From the IMG/VR virus record IMGVR_UViG_3300025867_000005: a stretch of DNA of 64,000 bases; one strand, 5' to 3'. The DNA comes from a virus. Its lineage: Duplodnaviria; Caudoviricetes. Shown here one piece after another: positions 9,529 to 18,915 of this stretch. A program made the position numbers and the translations under genes. The first letter of the stretch is position 1; the number at the start of each line of letters is the position of its first letter. The notes beneath the pieces are model-generated. The model saw only the letters and a list, made by a program, of their open reading frames with translations. It was not told the DNA's origin and did no database searches.

Positions 9529-10908
9529 CTATGCTTTCGGATTCAACAACCTCTGACTTTCAGTTTCCCACTTTTTCATCAGGGCGATTTTCAAACACTT
9601 GTCTTTAAATTCAGCCCCGGTTACAAGGGAATCCGTAACGACATTCTGAATTTCTTCCGGCCATTCGGAAAGGATTTTTTCAGCGAGAGCTGTCTGTCCT
9701 TCACGGCCAAAAGGCTTCACTTCATGACATTCATCTATCCTCCCCGGCCTTAAAAGAGCAGGATCTATTTTGGAAATGTTGTTAGTCGTTACGGCAAAGT
9801 AGACCCCGTTTATTTCATTGATACCGTCAATCGCATTGATGAAAGTAGAGAAAGTCAAAGGGTTCTGCATCGTGTTTTTGCTTGTTGTTTCCCGTCCGTT
9901 AAAAACGACATCAATATCTTCAAACAGGAAAAAGGAAGGATTATAGTCAGACACTCCTCCGCTTTTCCCATAGCGCAAAACGGAATCCAAAAATTCAGAA
10001 TCCCTAAAAGAAGCAAGGTTGAAGACATAAATGTCCATTCCGAGCATCTTCGCTATATTACGGATAAGACTTGTTTTCCCCGTGCCTGGGAGTCCATAAA
10101 GGCACATTCCCCTTTTCCAAGGAATATCCATGCCCTTATACCAACTCCGCATATTCATCCAAGTTTCCACTTCTTTAATAACGGGAAGCAAGTCTTCACC
10201 ATAATAGAACATGTCAAAAGGAGTCTTCTGCTTCAATTGGTATTCAAAACCCTTGAGCGTTTCTGAATACTGACGGTCTATATACTTAGTTAGGTTTACG
10301 CCGCCACCAATTCCTCCACCGCTTGCACTCTTTGCTTCACTGGAAGGAGAATCTGAAGATGATGTTACCATCTTCAGATCGGCATTTCCTTCGTTTTTAG
10401 ATGAAGAATTTCCAAGTGAACCGTTGACGAAAACGATGTTAGAATATTCTTTCCTATATATGTTTTCTTCTTTTAGATCTTCTTCTCTTCGTCCCAAACT
10501 GCATTTTATGTTTATGTCAAAAAGTTCTTTTCCTATTTTTATGGCATTTAGGGTGAACCTGACATAAATTATCTGTGCTTTTCCTAACATATTATCATAC
10601 TTTATGATAACCGGAAACGGGAGAAACCCGATACAGATTTTGTTCCGAAACCTTGATTTTAGTAAGCTGAATCTGATTTTGGATGTTTCATGCATTTCTT
10701 CTAAGAAATATGTACTGTCTCCGAAACAGTAAATCCGTTTGCTTTTGATCCATTCAAAAAACGCCATAGCGCTTAAGTCTTCATATGAAGTCACACAGAT
10801 GAAAACAGACCGAAAGGAGTTAATGATATTCCTTACTTGGGAAAAAGCAGTAGCTAAAACGGCACCGATACCGCCCGTAGCCATCGCCGTTGTTAAACCA
10901 ATGCTCAT
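9529..10908 (-). CDS. BCS1-like membrane-anchored AAA ATPase
   Basis: N-terminal hydrophobic segment, WYKGMDIPWKRGMCLYGLPGTGKTS, LFEDID, TTN, DPALLRPGRID. Confidence 0.85.
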   Translation of the reverse strand: MSIGLTTAMATGGIGAVLATAFSQVRNIINSFRSVFICVTSYEDLSAMAFFEWIKSKRIYCFGDSTYFLEEMHETSKIRFSLLKSRFRNKICIGFLPFPVIIKYDNMLGKAQIIYVRFTLNAIKIGKELFDINIKCSLGRREEDLKEENIYRKEYSNIVFVNGSLGNSSSKNEGNADLKMVTSSSDSPSSEAKSASGGGIGGGVNLTKYIDRQYSETLKGFEYQLKQKTPFDMFYYGEDLLPVIKEVETWMNMRSWYKGMDIPWKRGMCLYGLPGTGKTSLIRNIAKMLGMDIYVFNLASFRDSEFLDSVLRYGKSGGVSDYNPSFFLFEDIDVVFNGRETTSKNTMQNPLTFSTFINAIDGINEINGVYFAVTTNNISKIDPALLRPGRIDECHEVKPFGREGQTALAEKILSEWPEEIQNVVTDSLVTGAEFKDKCLKIALMKKWETESQRLLNPKA

Positions 10909-10909
10909 T

Positions 10910-11965
10910 TTACTTGTTCCTTTCCCACGAAGTGATTGTATCCATGAAAAGACGGTTTACTGCCTTCATATTGCAGGAATCCGGAAGTCCGATCGCACCA
11001 TTCATCTTTCCTTCGACATAATCAGAAATTGGATTTGCGACATCCATTAATTCTTCATATGTGAAGGCTCCTTCACGAATTTTGCGAAGGAATTCCAAAT
11101 CCTTACCTTGGAATCTGACAATCGGTTCCCCGTTATCTACGATGTTTTTGGCAGACATCAGGATTCTGATCAAATGTAAAATATTCTTTTCATCAAAATC
11201 TAGACCTTTTTCTTGATTTTTCCATCTATCAGGATTCCTGTTCTTCATCCAATCCCAATATTCCTTCCACTTGGTCAAAGCTGTCTTAAACCCGTCTTCC
11301 TGATAGGTAAGCATTCCGATACAGGTGTCAGAATCTTGTTTCGGAACGCTTTCAAAGACAAGCATATCCCCTTTGAAGACACCGCTTCCATTCGGATAAA
11401 GGTTGTAACAATTGGTTAGGTGTGGAACGGCAGTCGCACGGCAAGTCGTAAGATCAATTCCGGTTTCAGAAATCGGGATTGTAACTGTCTTGCTGCCTTC
11501 TTTGACGGCAACCCAGCAGAAATCCAAACGGGACGGCCGATCTACAGACATCGGGTTGTTGATAAGTTTGTTCTGGCCTCTTGCTTTTTTCAATTGGGAA
11601 ATGGCATAACAGCTATGGGTGAACACCGCCTTCTTTGTAATAAACATGTTGCGGTTGGTTAGGATGTTCTCCCACTCAGTAGAGGTCTTGACAATACAAT
11701 CAGGAGGCAACCACAGAAGTTCGATGATATTCGGAGTTGCTTTAATCGCAAGATCGAAAAACTTCTTCAACTCATACAGCTTGTCATCTTCCTCTTCCGG
11801 ATTTACGGTTTCATGCGGGAGATCAAACAATCCGATCCTTTCAGATGTAGGAAGGATAAACACTCCACGGTAATCCGTATCACTGGTCGGTAAATTCGTG
11901 CCGTAAGCCCGGCTTCCGGTAATTCCCTTGAAAAAACAGTTTCGTAGAGCATCATAATAATTCAT
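10910..11965 (-). CDS. Pol-beta-superfamily nucleotidyltransferase (YcgL/RlaP-like phage family)
   Basis: GSRAYGTNLPTSDTDYRG, PNIIELL, KNILHLIRIL. Start moved to ATG 11965 after SD AAGGAG. Confidence 0.8.
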   Translation of the reverse strand: MNYYDALRNCFFKGITGSRAYGTNLPTSDTDYRGVFILPTSERIGLFDLPHETVNPEEEDDKLYELKKFFDLAIKATPNIIELLWLPPDCIVKTSTEWENILTNRNMFITKKAVFTHSCYAISQLKKARGQNKLINNPMSVDRPSRLDFCWVAVKEGSKTVTIPISETGIDLTTCRATAVPHLTNCYNLYPNGSGVFKGDMLVFESVPKQDSDTCIGMLTYQEDGFKTALTKWKEYWDWMKNRNPDRWKNQEKGLDFDEKNILHLIRILMSAKNIVDNGEPIVRFQGKDLEFLRKIREGAFTYEELMDVANPISDYVEGKMNGAIGLPDSCNMKAVNRLFMDTITSWERNK

Positions 11966-11994
11966 TTTTTCTCCTTTTGAAATAATCAACAAAC

Positions 11995-12023
11995 AATATA
12001 CCTTTTCTTGACGCATTTGTCAA
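11995..12023 (-). promoter_or_regulatory. Sigma70-type (early) promoter at the strand switch
   Basis: TTGACA-N17-TATATT. Confidence 0.7.
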
Positions 12024-12072
12024 TATAGTAAAGTTGTCTTTTTTTGATAGAATCCACATAGCTGAGGTAAAA

Positions 12073-12840
12073 ATGAACCACTTCTTCCTAAAATCGATGC
12101 TTCTTGTTTCTCTTTCACTTTTTTCTTTCAGAAGTGAAGCAGTAGAAATTGATGTCGGACTGGCATTGAATAGCTTTAACTCCAGAATCCTTAGTCTGGA
12201 AAGCAAATCCGGCGCTCAGGAAATGCTCAACAATGGATTTGTTTCTTATATGGACAGAGGTTATTCTCAAGCCCTGACGGATAATCTAACGAATCTTCTT
12301 CTGAAAGTAGACACAAGATTCGGGATGACAAACCTTACACTTTTCGGGGTTGAAACCGTGCTTATAGAAGGTGTCCCTATCGTACAGACGAATGTCGTCT
12401 GTAAATTTATAGACAATCACACTTTTGAACAAATTATTTCCGGCATCAATTCAAATTTCAACAGCCATATTTCAGAAACCAACGCCCATTACGTAACCAC
12501 GGAATTGATAGGTGCCGTTTCTGTAACCAACAGTTATCAATATGTTTTGCCTTCCGTTTCAGAAACAAACAAATTCGTTCTGTCTTCAAATGCAGTATAC
12601 CGCATTTCAAATCTGACCCAGGATATCATCTTTGACACTCCTGAAACAGTATCAGGTAAGTATTCAAGTTTCCACATACACCTTACAAAAGGAAGCGGGA
12701 CTGTTACTTTCTTCCCGAATATAACCTGGATCTACGGAGAACCACCGGAATTGGACATTGAAGGGACAACATATGTGTTCGGGTTCGAATCTTTAGACGG
12801 CGGGCAAACCTGGAGAGGGTGGATTGAATATACTTACTAG
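12073..12840 (+). CDS. Signal-peptide protein with tail-fibre-like C-terminal beta domain
   Basis: SD GAGGT, signal peptide ending SEA|V, C-terminus TVTFFPNITWIYGEPPEL...FESLDGGQTWRG resembles phage fibre tip modules. Confidence 0.55.
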   Translation: MNHFFLKSMLLVSLSLFSFRSEAVEIDVGLALNSFNSRILSLESKSGAQEMLNNGFVSYMDRGYSQALTDNLTNLLLKVDTRFGMTNLTLFGVETVLIEGVPIVQTNVVCKFIDNHTFEQIISGINSNFNSHISETNAHYVTTELIGAVSVTNSYQYVLPSVSETNKFVLSSNAVYRISNLTQDIIFDTPETVSGKYSSFHIHLTKGSGTVTFFPNITWIYGEPPELDIEGTTYVFGFESLDGGQTWRGWIEYTY

Positions 12841-13297
12841 ACTTCTTTTTCTGTTTCCTTTATTTCTGTTCGGTGGAGAAATCCGTTTCCGAGAGGACTT
12901 CAGCAATCCCGATTTCAAGGTTTCCGGAGAAACTGTTTCTGTCGATGTAAAAGACGGGATTAATGTTCAGGAACCTGGTTCACCGGTTTTGCCTTGTTTC
13001 GTTTTCAGCAAGCCGATAAGCAGAAATGAAAAGGTAGAAAACATTTCTTTTACGGTTTTCTCTTCACAAAAGTATGTACTAGAGAAACGGGTTAAAACAG
13101 CAGAAACACCTTTTAATGAAAACGGTATCGGGAAGGTTCAGGATTCACTTTTTACCGCCGTTACAGGAACCAATGTTTTCAGTTTCCACAGCTTTACAAA
13201 TGTCACAGATTTAAAATTCAACACCTTTATCTCTACAAGGATGCTACGGCCTTTTGATTTCAGCATCGTTTCAGATTCAAACCCGCTTACTCTTTAG
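12824..13297 (+). CDS. Secreted protein with gingipain-propeptide (Propeptide_C25)-like motif
   Basis: Hydrophobic N-terminus and EPGSPVLP motif; frame continues past the TAG into 13301-13561. Confidence 0.4.
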   Translation: MNILTRLLFLFPLFLFGGEIRFREDFSNPDFKVSGETVSVDVKDGINVQEPGSPVLPCFVFSKPISRNEKVENISFTVFSSQKYVLEKRVKTAETPFNENGIGKVQDSLFTAVTGTNVFSFHSFTNVTDLKFNTFISTRMLRPFDFSIVSDSNPLTL

Positions 13298-13300
13298 GCT

Positions 13301-13561
13301 TTGACGATAAAAGATATCCGTCTTCCCAAAGGCATGCTTTTGGACATAGATAAAACCGTGATTGAAGAAAATGATATTTCTAATATCCTTCTGGCATATT
13401 TCCCTTCCCTTTCGGACTGGAATACTTCTAAAATAAGAATCAATTTCTTTATCGATGATTACAAAAAACAGAAACCAATTTCTATTGGAAAGCAATCAAG
13501 TGAAATTCTAGCATTTGAATCAAATCTTGTAAGGCTATTTCTTAAACCAAAACGAACTTAA
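13301..13561 (+). CDS. Hypothetical protein, in frame with the preceding ORF
   Basis: Separated from 12824-13297 only by TAG GCT. Confidence 0.4.
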   Translation: MTIKDIRLPKGMLLDIDKTVIEENDISNILLAYFPSLSDWNTSKIRINFFIDDYKKQKPISIGKQSSEILAFESNLVRLFLKPKRT

Positions 13562-13594
13562 ACCCAAAGTGATTTTAAAACTAAGTGACTAAAG

Positions 13595-14425
13595 GAATCC
13601 CGGACGGCCTTGATAACAAGTTCCGGGGGCGTAACGTCAAGGAAGCATTTATGGATTTCCGTATCGCAATTCTTGTCTGTAATCGACACTGTTAAAAACA
13701 GAAACATGTCGGATTCAAACAAGACCCTGTAATAAGGTGAAGATAGCAGGAACACGGCCTTCGCGTGAAGGAGCGGAGCCAAAAGGGATAACCCGGTTGG
13801 CTTAATGAACTCTATAGCCTATGGATATATGGTGGAACACCAACCCGTTAATCTATGGGACGTTGACCAGCGACAGGGAATAACAACACCTGTGGGGATA
13901 TAGAGAAGGTATGCCTAGTCTGCCTAATAGACTAGTGTAGGTTTGTGGGGGACACCCGCTGCACGAGGGGCATACAGAGATATGGCGTAATTCCATTCTC
14001 AGTCTGCGATAGCGTATACCGATTCTCAACCTATACGATTAGCACATCAGGATTTCCTTAACAGAATCCTGTAAAAAGAATGAATGGAACAGATATGATA
14101 AGACTTTGTTCTTATACCTCTTCCTTGTAGAAGGGGGAAAATCTGTTCCTTCATTCCCTCAAACTCACCGACCGATATCACACATACGGGGATTTCCCCA
14201 AATGTTCTTCGAACAATTTGTTGGTCCCTGATCCCCTGTGTGATTCCAATGAAAAGACATTGTTTTCAAAAATTACTAAAATTAAATCCTGATTCATGTA
14301 CTGAAAGGGAATGATCAGGATCAGAACACCGGGTATTCACGGTTTCTGAAATATTCAAGATGCCAATGATTTAAGGTATTTTTAGGTATTGGTTTTTAAA
14401 GCCTTTTCGTTAGAAAAGCTGAAAT
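13595..14425 (+). ncRNA. Candidate large structured non-coding RNA
   Basis: No credible ORF; more than 12 consecutive or nested stems with G-U wobbles that work on the + strand (see findings). Confidence 0.55.
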
Positions 14426-14461
14426 TGTTTTTCTATATGTCGGATAGAGGAAAGAACACTT

Positions 14462-15070
14462 ATGACAAAAGAAGAATTGAAAGAAAGTATAGAAACGAGA
14501 ATAAGGTCAAATCAAGTTTACAAGAAAGAGATCAAAGAGAAAGAGGATTTGATTGTCGGTAATACAGAAAGATTGAATGTTGTCAGAACGCTTTTCAACA
14601 CGATTGAAGATTTGAGTCTTAATAAACGGAATCTGTACAAAAACAGGATAGAGACAGTCGTTACAGAAGTTTTGAAAACGTTATACGGAGAAGAATACAG
14701 TTTTGAAATGTCTTACGGAGACAAGAACAACAGATCGTTTCTGGATATCGAAGTCAAGAAGCAATACGGAGACTATGCCGTTAAAAGGGATATGTCGGGA
14801 CACGGTGGCGGGATTTCAGACAGTATCAGCATCCCTTTACGTGTGCTTATTCTTAAAGGAAGTCAGGATGTCGGGGATATCTTGTTTCTAGACGAAGCCT
14901 ACAAACATGTCGATACCAGCATTTCAGAGAATGTCGGTCTGTTTTTGCGTCAGCTTTGCGAGAAGATGCAGATGCAGATTATCATGCTGAGCCACAACGA
15001 AGATATTCTTCAACAAGCGGAACGGGGATTCTATTTGGAAAACAGAAACGGGAAAGTCTATATCCGTTAA
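14462..15070 (+). CDS. Rad50/SbcC-like ABC-ATPase C-terminal half
   Basis: Coiled coil, signature-like SGHGGG, Walker B LFLDEA, H-loop IMLSH; no Walker A. Confidence 0.75.
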   Translation: MTKEELKESIETRIRSNQVYKKEIKEKEDLIVGNTERLNVVRTLFNTIEDLSLNKRNLYKNRIETVVTEVLKTLYGEEYSFEMSYGDKNNRSFLDIEVKKQYGDYAVKRDMSGHGGGISDSISIPLRVLILKGSQDVGDILFLDEAYKHVDTSISENVGLFLRQLCEKMQMQIIMLSHNEDILQQAERGFYLENRNGKVYIR

Positions 15071-15102
15071 ACACATGCTTTGTTCTGTTGAAAGGGAAAA
15101 AT

Positions 15103-16377
15103 ATGTCAGAAGAAAATTACGAAGGTTGTTACGGACCGAAATTGACTGTTTCAGGAATCATCGAAAAACTCATACAGGCATTCGCTTCAGATACCGAAGC
15201 CGAAGAAAAGAGATCAGGAGAACGGTTTTCTACAGTTATCTGGGGTCGAGCGGGAATAGGGAAAACAAGTCTTGTCAGAAGTCTTCAAAACCGAGAAGTT
15301 TCTTACAGGGGCAATACCTATCAGGGTTACAAAATAGTTTTTGTTCCTCTTGCCGATATCGAGGAAGTCGGGGATATCATCGGCATGCCGGAAAGACATG
15401 TCTGTGTTTCAAACGGACAGAAAGAAAAATGGGTACCGGAATCCTGTATCGGGATTTATACGGAAAAATTCGGATATTCGCTTTTGCCGGACAAGGGTGT
15501 CAAACAATTCGTTGCCCCTCCTGAATGGGTGCCGGTTCCGGATTCCGAAGGTTATGCCGAACCGACTGTTATTCTCGTAGATGATTTCAACCGTGCGAAT
15601 TTACGGGTATTGAAAGCCTGTATGCCTTTATTCCAGACATATGCAACAATCGGATGGAAACTTCCAAAAGGATGCCATATCGTACTTACAGGGAATCCCA
15701 GCCAGCAGGATTATCAAGTTACGGATATCGATCCCGCGATATTGACAAGAATGAGGCACATCACTTCCGTTTTTGATATCAAGGAATGGATCAATTGGGC
15801 AGATACGGCAGGTCTTGACAAGAATCTTTTGGGGTTCTGCGCCTATTATCCTGAAATGATGTTCGGTAAGCTTCTTACCAACCCGAGGACGATTTCAGAA
15901 GCCTTCCGTTTGCTTAAAACCAACGGATTGTCTACGGAATGTGTGGATGAAAGAAAATTGAAGAACCTGAAAGATTCACTCCTTATGCTTGTCGATGAAG
16001 ATTTTGTGAATGCTTTTGTTTCTTATGTGGTTTCAGGAGATAATATTTTCTTGAGTCCTGAAGACATTCTTTCTGATTCTGTATCAACAAAGAAGAAGAT
16101 CAGCAAGTTGTTGACAGGAAGCGTCAAGAGGTTGGATATCATCAGCATCTTTTCTAGCCGTCTTGTCAGAAATATTTGTTCTGAAACCATCGAGTTTACA
16201 GAAGAAAAGGCAGTAAACTTCCATTCTTTCCTGTTTGAATCTGGATTGCCGCAGGATATCGTCATGTCGGCGCTACTTGAAATGAATAGTCCACAAAACC
16301 TTCTGCCTTGTTTACCTTGGATGAATAACCCTTCTTTCTCTTTTCTCATGTCTGAATATTATTCATCAAAGGCATAG
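15103..16377 (+). CDS. MoxR-type AAA+ ATPase
   Basis: WGRAGIGKT, ILVDDFNRA, LTGNP, DPAILTR, NPRT. Start at ATG 15103 after SD. Confidence 0.8.
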   Translation: MSEENYEGCYGPKLTVSGIIEKLIQAFASDTEAEEKRSGERFSTVIWGRAGIGKTSLVRSLQNREVSYRGNTYQGYKIVFVPLADIEEVGDIIGMPERHVCVSNGQKEKWVPESCIGIYTEKFGYSLLPDKGVKQFVAPPEWVPVPDSEGYAEPTVILVDDFNRANLRVLKACMPLFQTYATIGWKLPKGCHIVLTGNPSQQDYQVTDIDPAILTRMRHITSVFDIKEWINWADTAGLDKNLLGFCAYYPEMMFGKLLTNPRTISEAFRLLKTNGLSTECVDERKLKNLKDSLLMLVDEDFVNAFVSYVVSGDNIFLSPEDILSDSVSTKKKISKLLTGSVKRLDIISIFSSRLVRNICSETIEFTEEKAVNFHSFLFESGLPQDIVMSALLEMNSPQNLLPCLPWMNNPSFSFLMSEYYSSKA

Positions 16378-16395
16378 ATCTTTCATTTTACCCTA

Positions 16396-16424
16396 TTGAC
16401 AGGAAGCCGGCGGTATGATAAAGT
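16396..16424 (+). promoter_or_regulatory. Sigma70-type promoter
   Basis: cctaTTGACA-N17-TAAAGT with extended TG. Confidence 0.65.
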
Positions 16425-16457
16425 ATTCACATAACTTAAACACAAAAGGAATCTGTT

Positions 16458-16880
16458 ATGTTGAAGAAAATCATGTTCGTTGTTATTATGTCAGTAGTTT
16501 CCGCATATGCAGCTCCGATTGATGATTTAGCCAAAACCTTGTATCATGAAGCCCGTGGAGAAGGGGAAACGGGAATCCGTGCCGTTGCCAGCATCATCGT
16601 CAACCGCGCAAAGAAAGACGGAGCCGTTACCCCTGTTGCATTGTCGAAAGTTGTCCGTCAGAAGTATCAATTCAGTTGTTGGAACGGACAAACCAATTTG
16701 AAAACAGGAAAAGGCCAGTCTTGGTTGGTTTGCCGGATGGTTGCAGGAGAAATGGTAAACGGGCAATTCAAATCCGTTCACAATTACACGCATTACTACG
16801 CCTTTCGGAACTGCAATCCTAAATGGGCAAAAGGCAAGAGTAAAATGGTTATCGGTAATCATGCTTTCCTGAATCCTTAA
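16458..16880 (+). CDS. SleB/CwlJ-like cell wall hydrolase (Hydrolase_2) with signal peptide
   Basis: LAKTLYHEARGE, AVASIIVNR, QFSCWN, THYYA, PKWA, IGNHAF. Confidence 0.9.
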   Translation: MLKKIMFVVIMSVVSAYAAPIDDLAKTLYHEARGEGETGIRAVASIIVNRAKKDGAVTPVALSKVVRQKYQFSCWNGQTNLKTGKGQSWLVCRMVAGEMVNGQFKSVHNYTHYYAFRNCNPKWAKGKSKMVIGNHAFLNP

Positions 16881-16928
16881 GAAGAAAACAATGAAAATCT
16901 ATGATTTTCATTATAAAAAGGGGTAAAT

Positions 16929-17747
16929 GTGCAAAAAATTTTGGCGATGTCAGACCTGCACCTTAATTTCGGTATAAATCCAGGTGTCAGGCGTAAATTT
17001 TTTAATCAGATCAAGGGATCAAATTCCCCGATTATCATTGCAGGGGATATCGGCGACGGTCATTCTCTTCGTAATAATCTAGAAGAATTGGCATCAGCTT
17101 GTCAATCTTCTGTCTATTTCATAACAGGCAATCATGATTATTACCATTCTGGTTTTGAAGAAATAACGAATATTATCAGAAAAACCGTAAGCGAAAATCC
17201 AAATCTTGTCTATTTGACAGATTCAGGCATCATCAGCCTAGACACGGATACCTGTGTTGTCGGGGTTGATTCTTGGTATGATGCCAAAATTGTTCCAGAA
17301 GGGGCATATCTACCAATGATTATGAATGATTTCCGTTATATCAAAGAACTATGCCTGTTCTACAAAAGTGAATCAGAAGTCGTTAAGACTTTTCAAGACA
17401 GGGCTGAAACGGCATTGGAAGATTTGAAGACAAGGCTTTCTAAAGCTGTAAAGAGATACAAAAACGTTATCGTCGTCAGTCATCCAGTGCCTTTCGGTTG
17501 CATGGATACTAAAAAGAGTAGTGACGCCGCTCCGTTTTATGTATGGTATAAGGCGGGTATGTTCATTGCTGATTTCGCAAAAGACCATCAGGAAACAAAA
17601 TTTTTATGGATTTGCGGTCATACTCACGAAAGATCAGAATGGCATAACGAGAATCTGGATGCCTATTGCCTTGGGTCAGAATACTTTTCCCCGCGTGTAG
17701 ATGCCGTGATTACAGACTTGAAACTAGAATATCTACCGATTAAGTAG
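16929..17747 (+). CDS. Calcineurin-like metallophosphoesterase
   Basis: SDLH, AGD, GNHDYY, SHP, GHTH. Confidence 0.9.
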   Translation: MQKILAMSDLHLNFGINPGVRRKFFNQIKGSNSPIIIAGDIGDGHSLRNNLEELASACQSSVYFITGNHDYYHSGFEEITNIIRKTVSENPNLVYLTDSGIISLDTDTCVVGVDSWYDAKIVPEGAYLPMIMNDFRYIKELCLFYKSESEVVKTFQDRAETALEDLKTRLSKAVKRYKNVIVVSHPVPFGCMDTKKSSDAAPFYVWYKAGMFIADFAKDHQETKFLWICGHTHERSEWHNENLDAYCLGSEYFSPRVDAVITDLKLEYLPIK

Positions 17748-17774
17748 GGTTTAAATGAAAAGGAAGGTGAAACT

Positions 17775-18575
17775 GTGTCTATAAAAAACATTACAGTCGT
17801 TATGACTGAACTCGAAAAGCATATCATCAGGGAAATTCTTATTCCGAGGATCAAGGCTTTGCCAGAAACTGAAAGTTACAAGGGAAACGCTTATGACTAT
17901 TATCTGAATCTGCTTAAAGATGAAAGCACTTTGGAAGTCATTTCGATGAAAACTTGTGGTTTCATTTACAAGACATTCTGTGGCTATCCGCAGGATATTT
18001 TGGATGATATGATGTCAGATATCGTTTCTGCCACAATTCAGGACAAAACCAACGGATACCGTAAACTCAAAAAGTCAACACACGGATTTTGGAAAGACAG
18101 ATTCGGCTTGAATCCGGAGAATTCTTCTTTCTCAACTTCATTTTCAAACGTATGCTTTCGGGCGGTTCAGACAGCGGCCAAAACACTGGAAACCAGAAAA
18201 AGACACGAAACCAATGATTTTATGATGAAAACTGAAAGAGGTGATGACCTTTCGTATATTGAAACCGTTAAGGATGACAGGAACACAGATGAAAAGACTG
18301 GGATAATGGCAGGATATGATAAGATCATCTATGAGATGTACGATTATGTTCTGAATCAGACAGACCTTGATGAAGTCTCAAAAATGATTTTCAAGGTTTG
18401 GTTTTCAAAGAAAGAAGAACGGATGGATTTTTCTGTTCCTGTACGAATGTCTTCAGAAGTATATCCTGTTGTCCGAGCTATGCTGATAGAAAAAGGGGAA
18501 AAGACATTAAGTTCTGGTTCTCTACACATCAGATGGAAACGCGCTTTCCAGAGAATCAGGGAATTCCTTGATTAA
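17775..18575 (+). CDS. Hypothetical protein, possibly sigma-factor-like
   Basis: Helical; SFSTSFSNVCFRAV resembles sigma region 2; C-terminal HTH-like segment. Weak call. Confidence 0.35.
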   Translation: MSIKNITVVMTELEKHIIREILIPRIKALPETESYKGNAYDYYLNLLKDESTLEVISMKTCGFIYKTFCGYPQDILDDMMSDIVSATIQDKTNGYRKLKKSTHGFWKDRFGLNPENSSFSTSFSNVCFRAVQTAAKTLETRKRHETNDFMMKTERGDDLSYIETVKDDRNTDEKTGIMAGYDKIIYEMYDYVLNQTDLDEVSKMIFKVWFSKKEERMDFSVPVRMSSEVYPVVRAMLIEKGEKTLSSGSLHIRWKRAFQRIREFLD

Positions 18576-18601
18576 AAAACCAAAGATAACGTTTTTTTGA
18601 T

Positions 18602-18629
18602 AAATCCATCCCAAATAAGGGATGGATTT
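18602..18629. terminator. Intergenic hairpin
   Basis: AAATCCATCCC-N6-GGGATGGATTT followed by CTCTTTTT. Confidence 0.5.
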
Positions 18630-18651
18630 CTCTTTTTAAGAGAGGTGCGGT

Positions 18652-18906
18652 ATGGATGAAGAAGAATACAGTGATAAAAGTCTTGCAGTTATGGAATCCA
18701 TAAACCGTCAGCTTGAACAGAATTCTTTACAGGAAGGCCGACTGAATAATTTTGAAAAGATGGTTGAGGGACGGCTTCTTGAAATTGAAACTTCAATCAA
18801 GAAATACGAAAGGTTCATTTCTGAAACTTCAGGGTTCTTCACAAGGATCGGTTTTTATCTTGACGGTATTGTGATTTACTTTAAAGTAAAATTCGGCAAA
18901 AAGTGA
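18652..18906 (+). CDS. Hypothetical coiled-coil protein
   Basis: SD GAGGT upstream. Confidence 0.6.
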   Translation: MDEEEYSDKSLAVMESINRQLEQNSLQEGRLNNFEKMVEGRLLEIETSIKKYERFISETSGFFTRIGFYLDGIVIYFKVKFGKK

Positions 18907-18915
18907 GGGCATAAA

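Noticed and set aside
13558-13782. Minus-strand 74-aa ORF
   Set aside because: No SD, opposite to local gene orientation, and overlaps the structured region.
13595-14425. Group I/II intron splitting the Rad50-like gene, or RNase P / tmRNA
   Set aside because: No upstream exon with a Walker A, the downstream gene has its own start, and I did not find the conserved signatures of these RNAs.
14956-15102. N-terminal extension of the MoxR ORF from the track
   Set aside because: It overlaps the Rad50-like gene; the ATG at 15103 with an SD is the better start.
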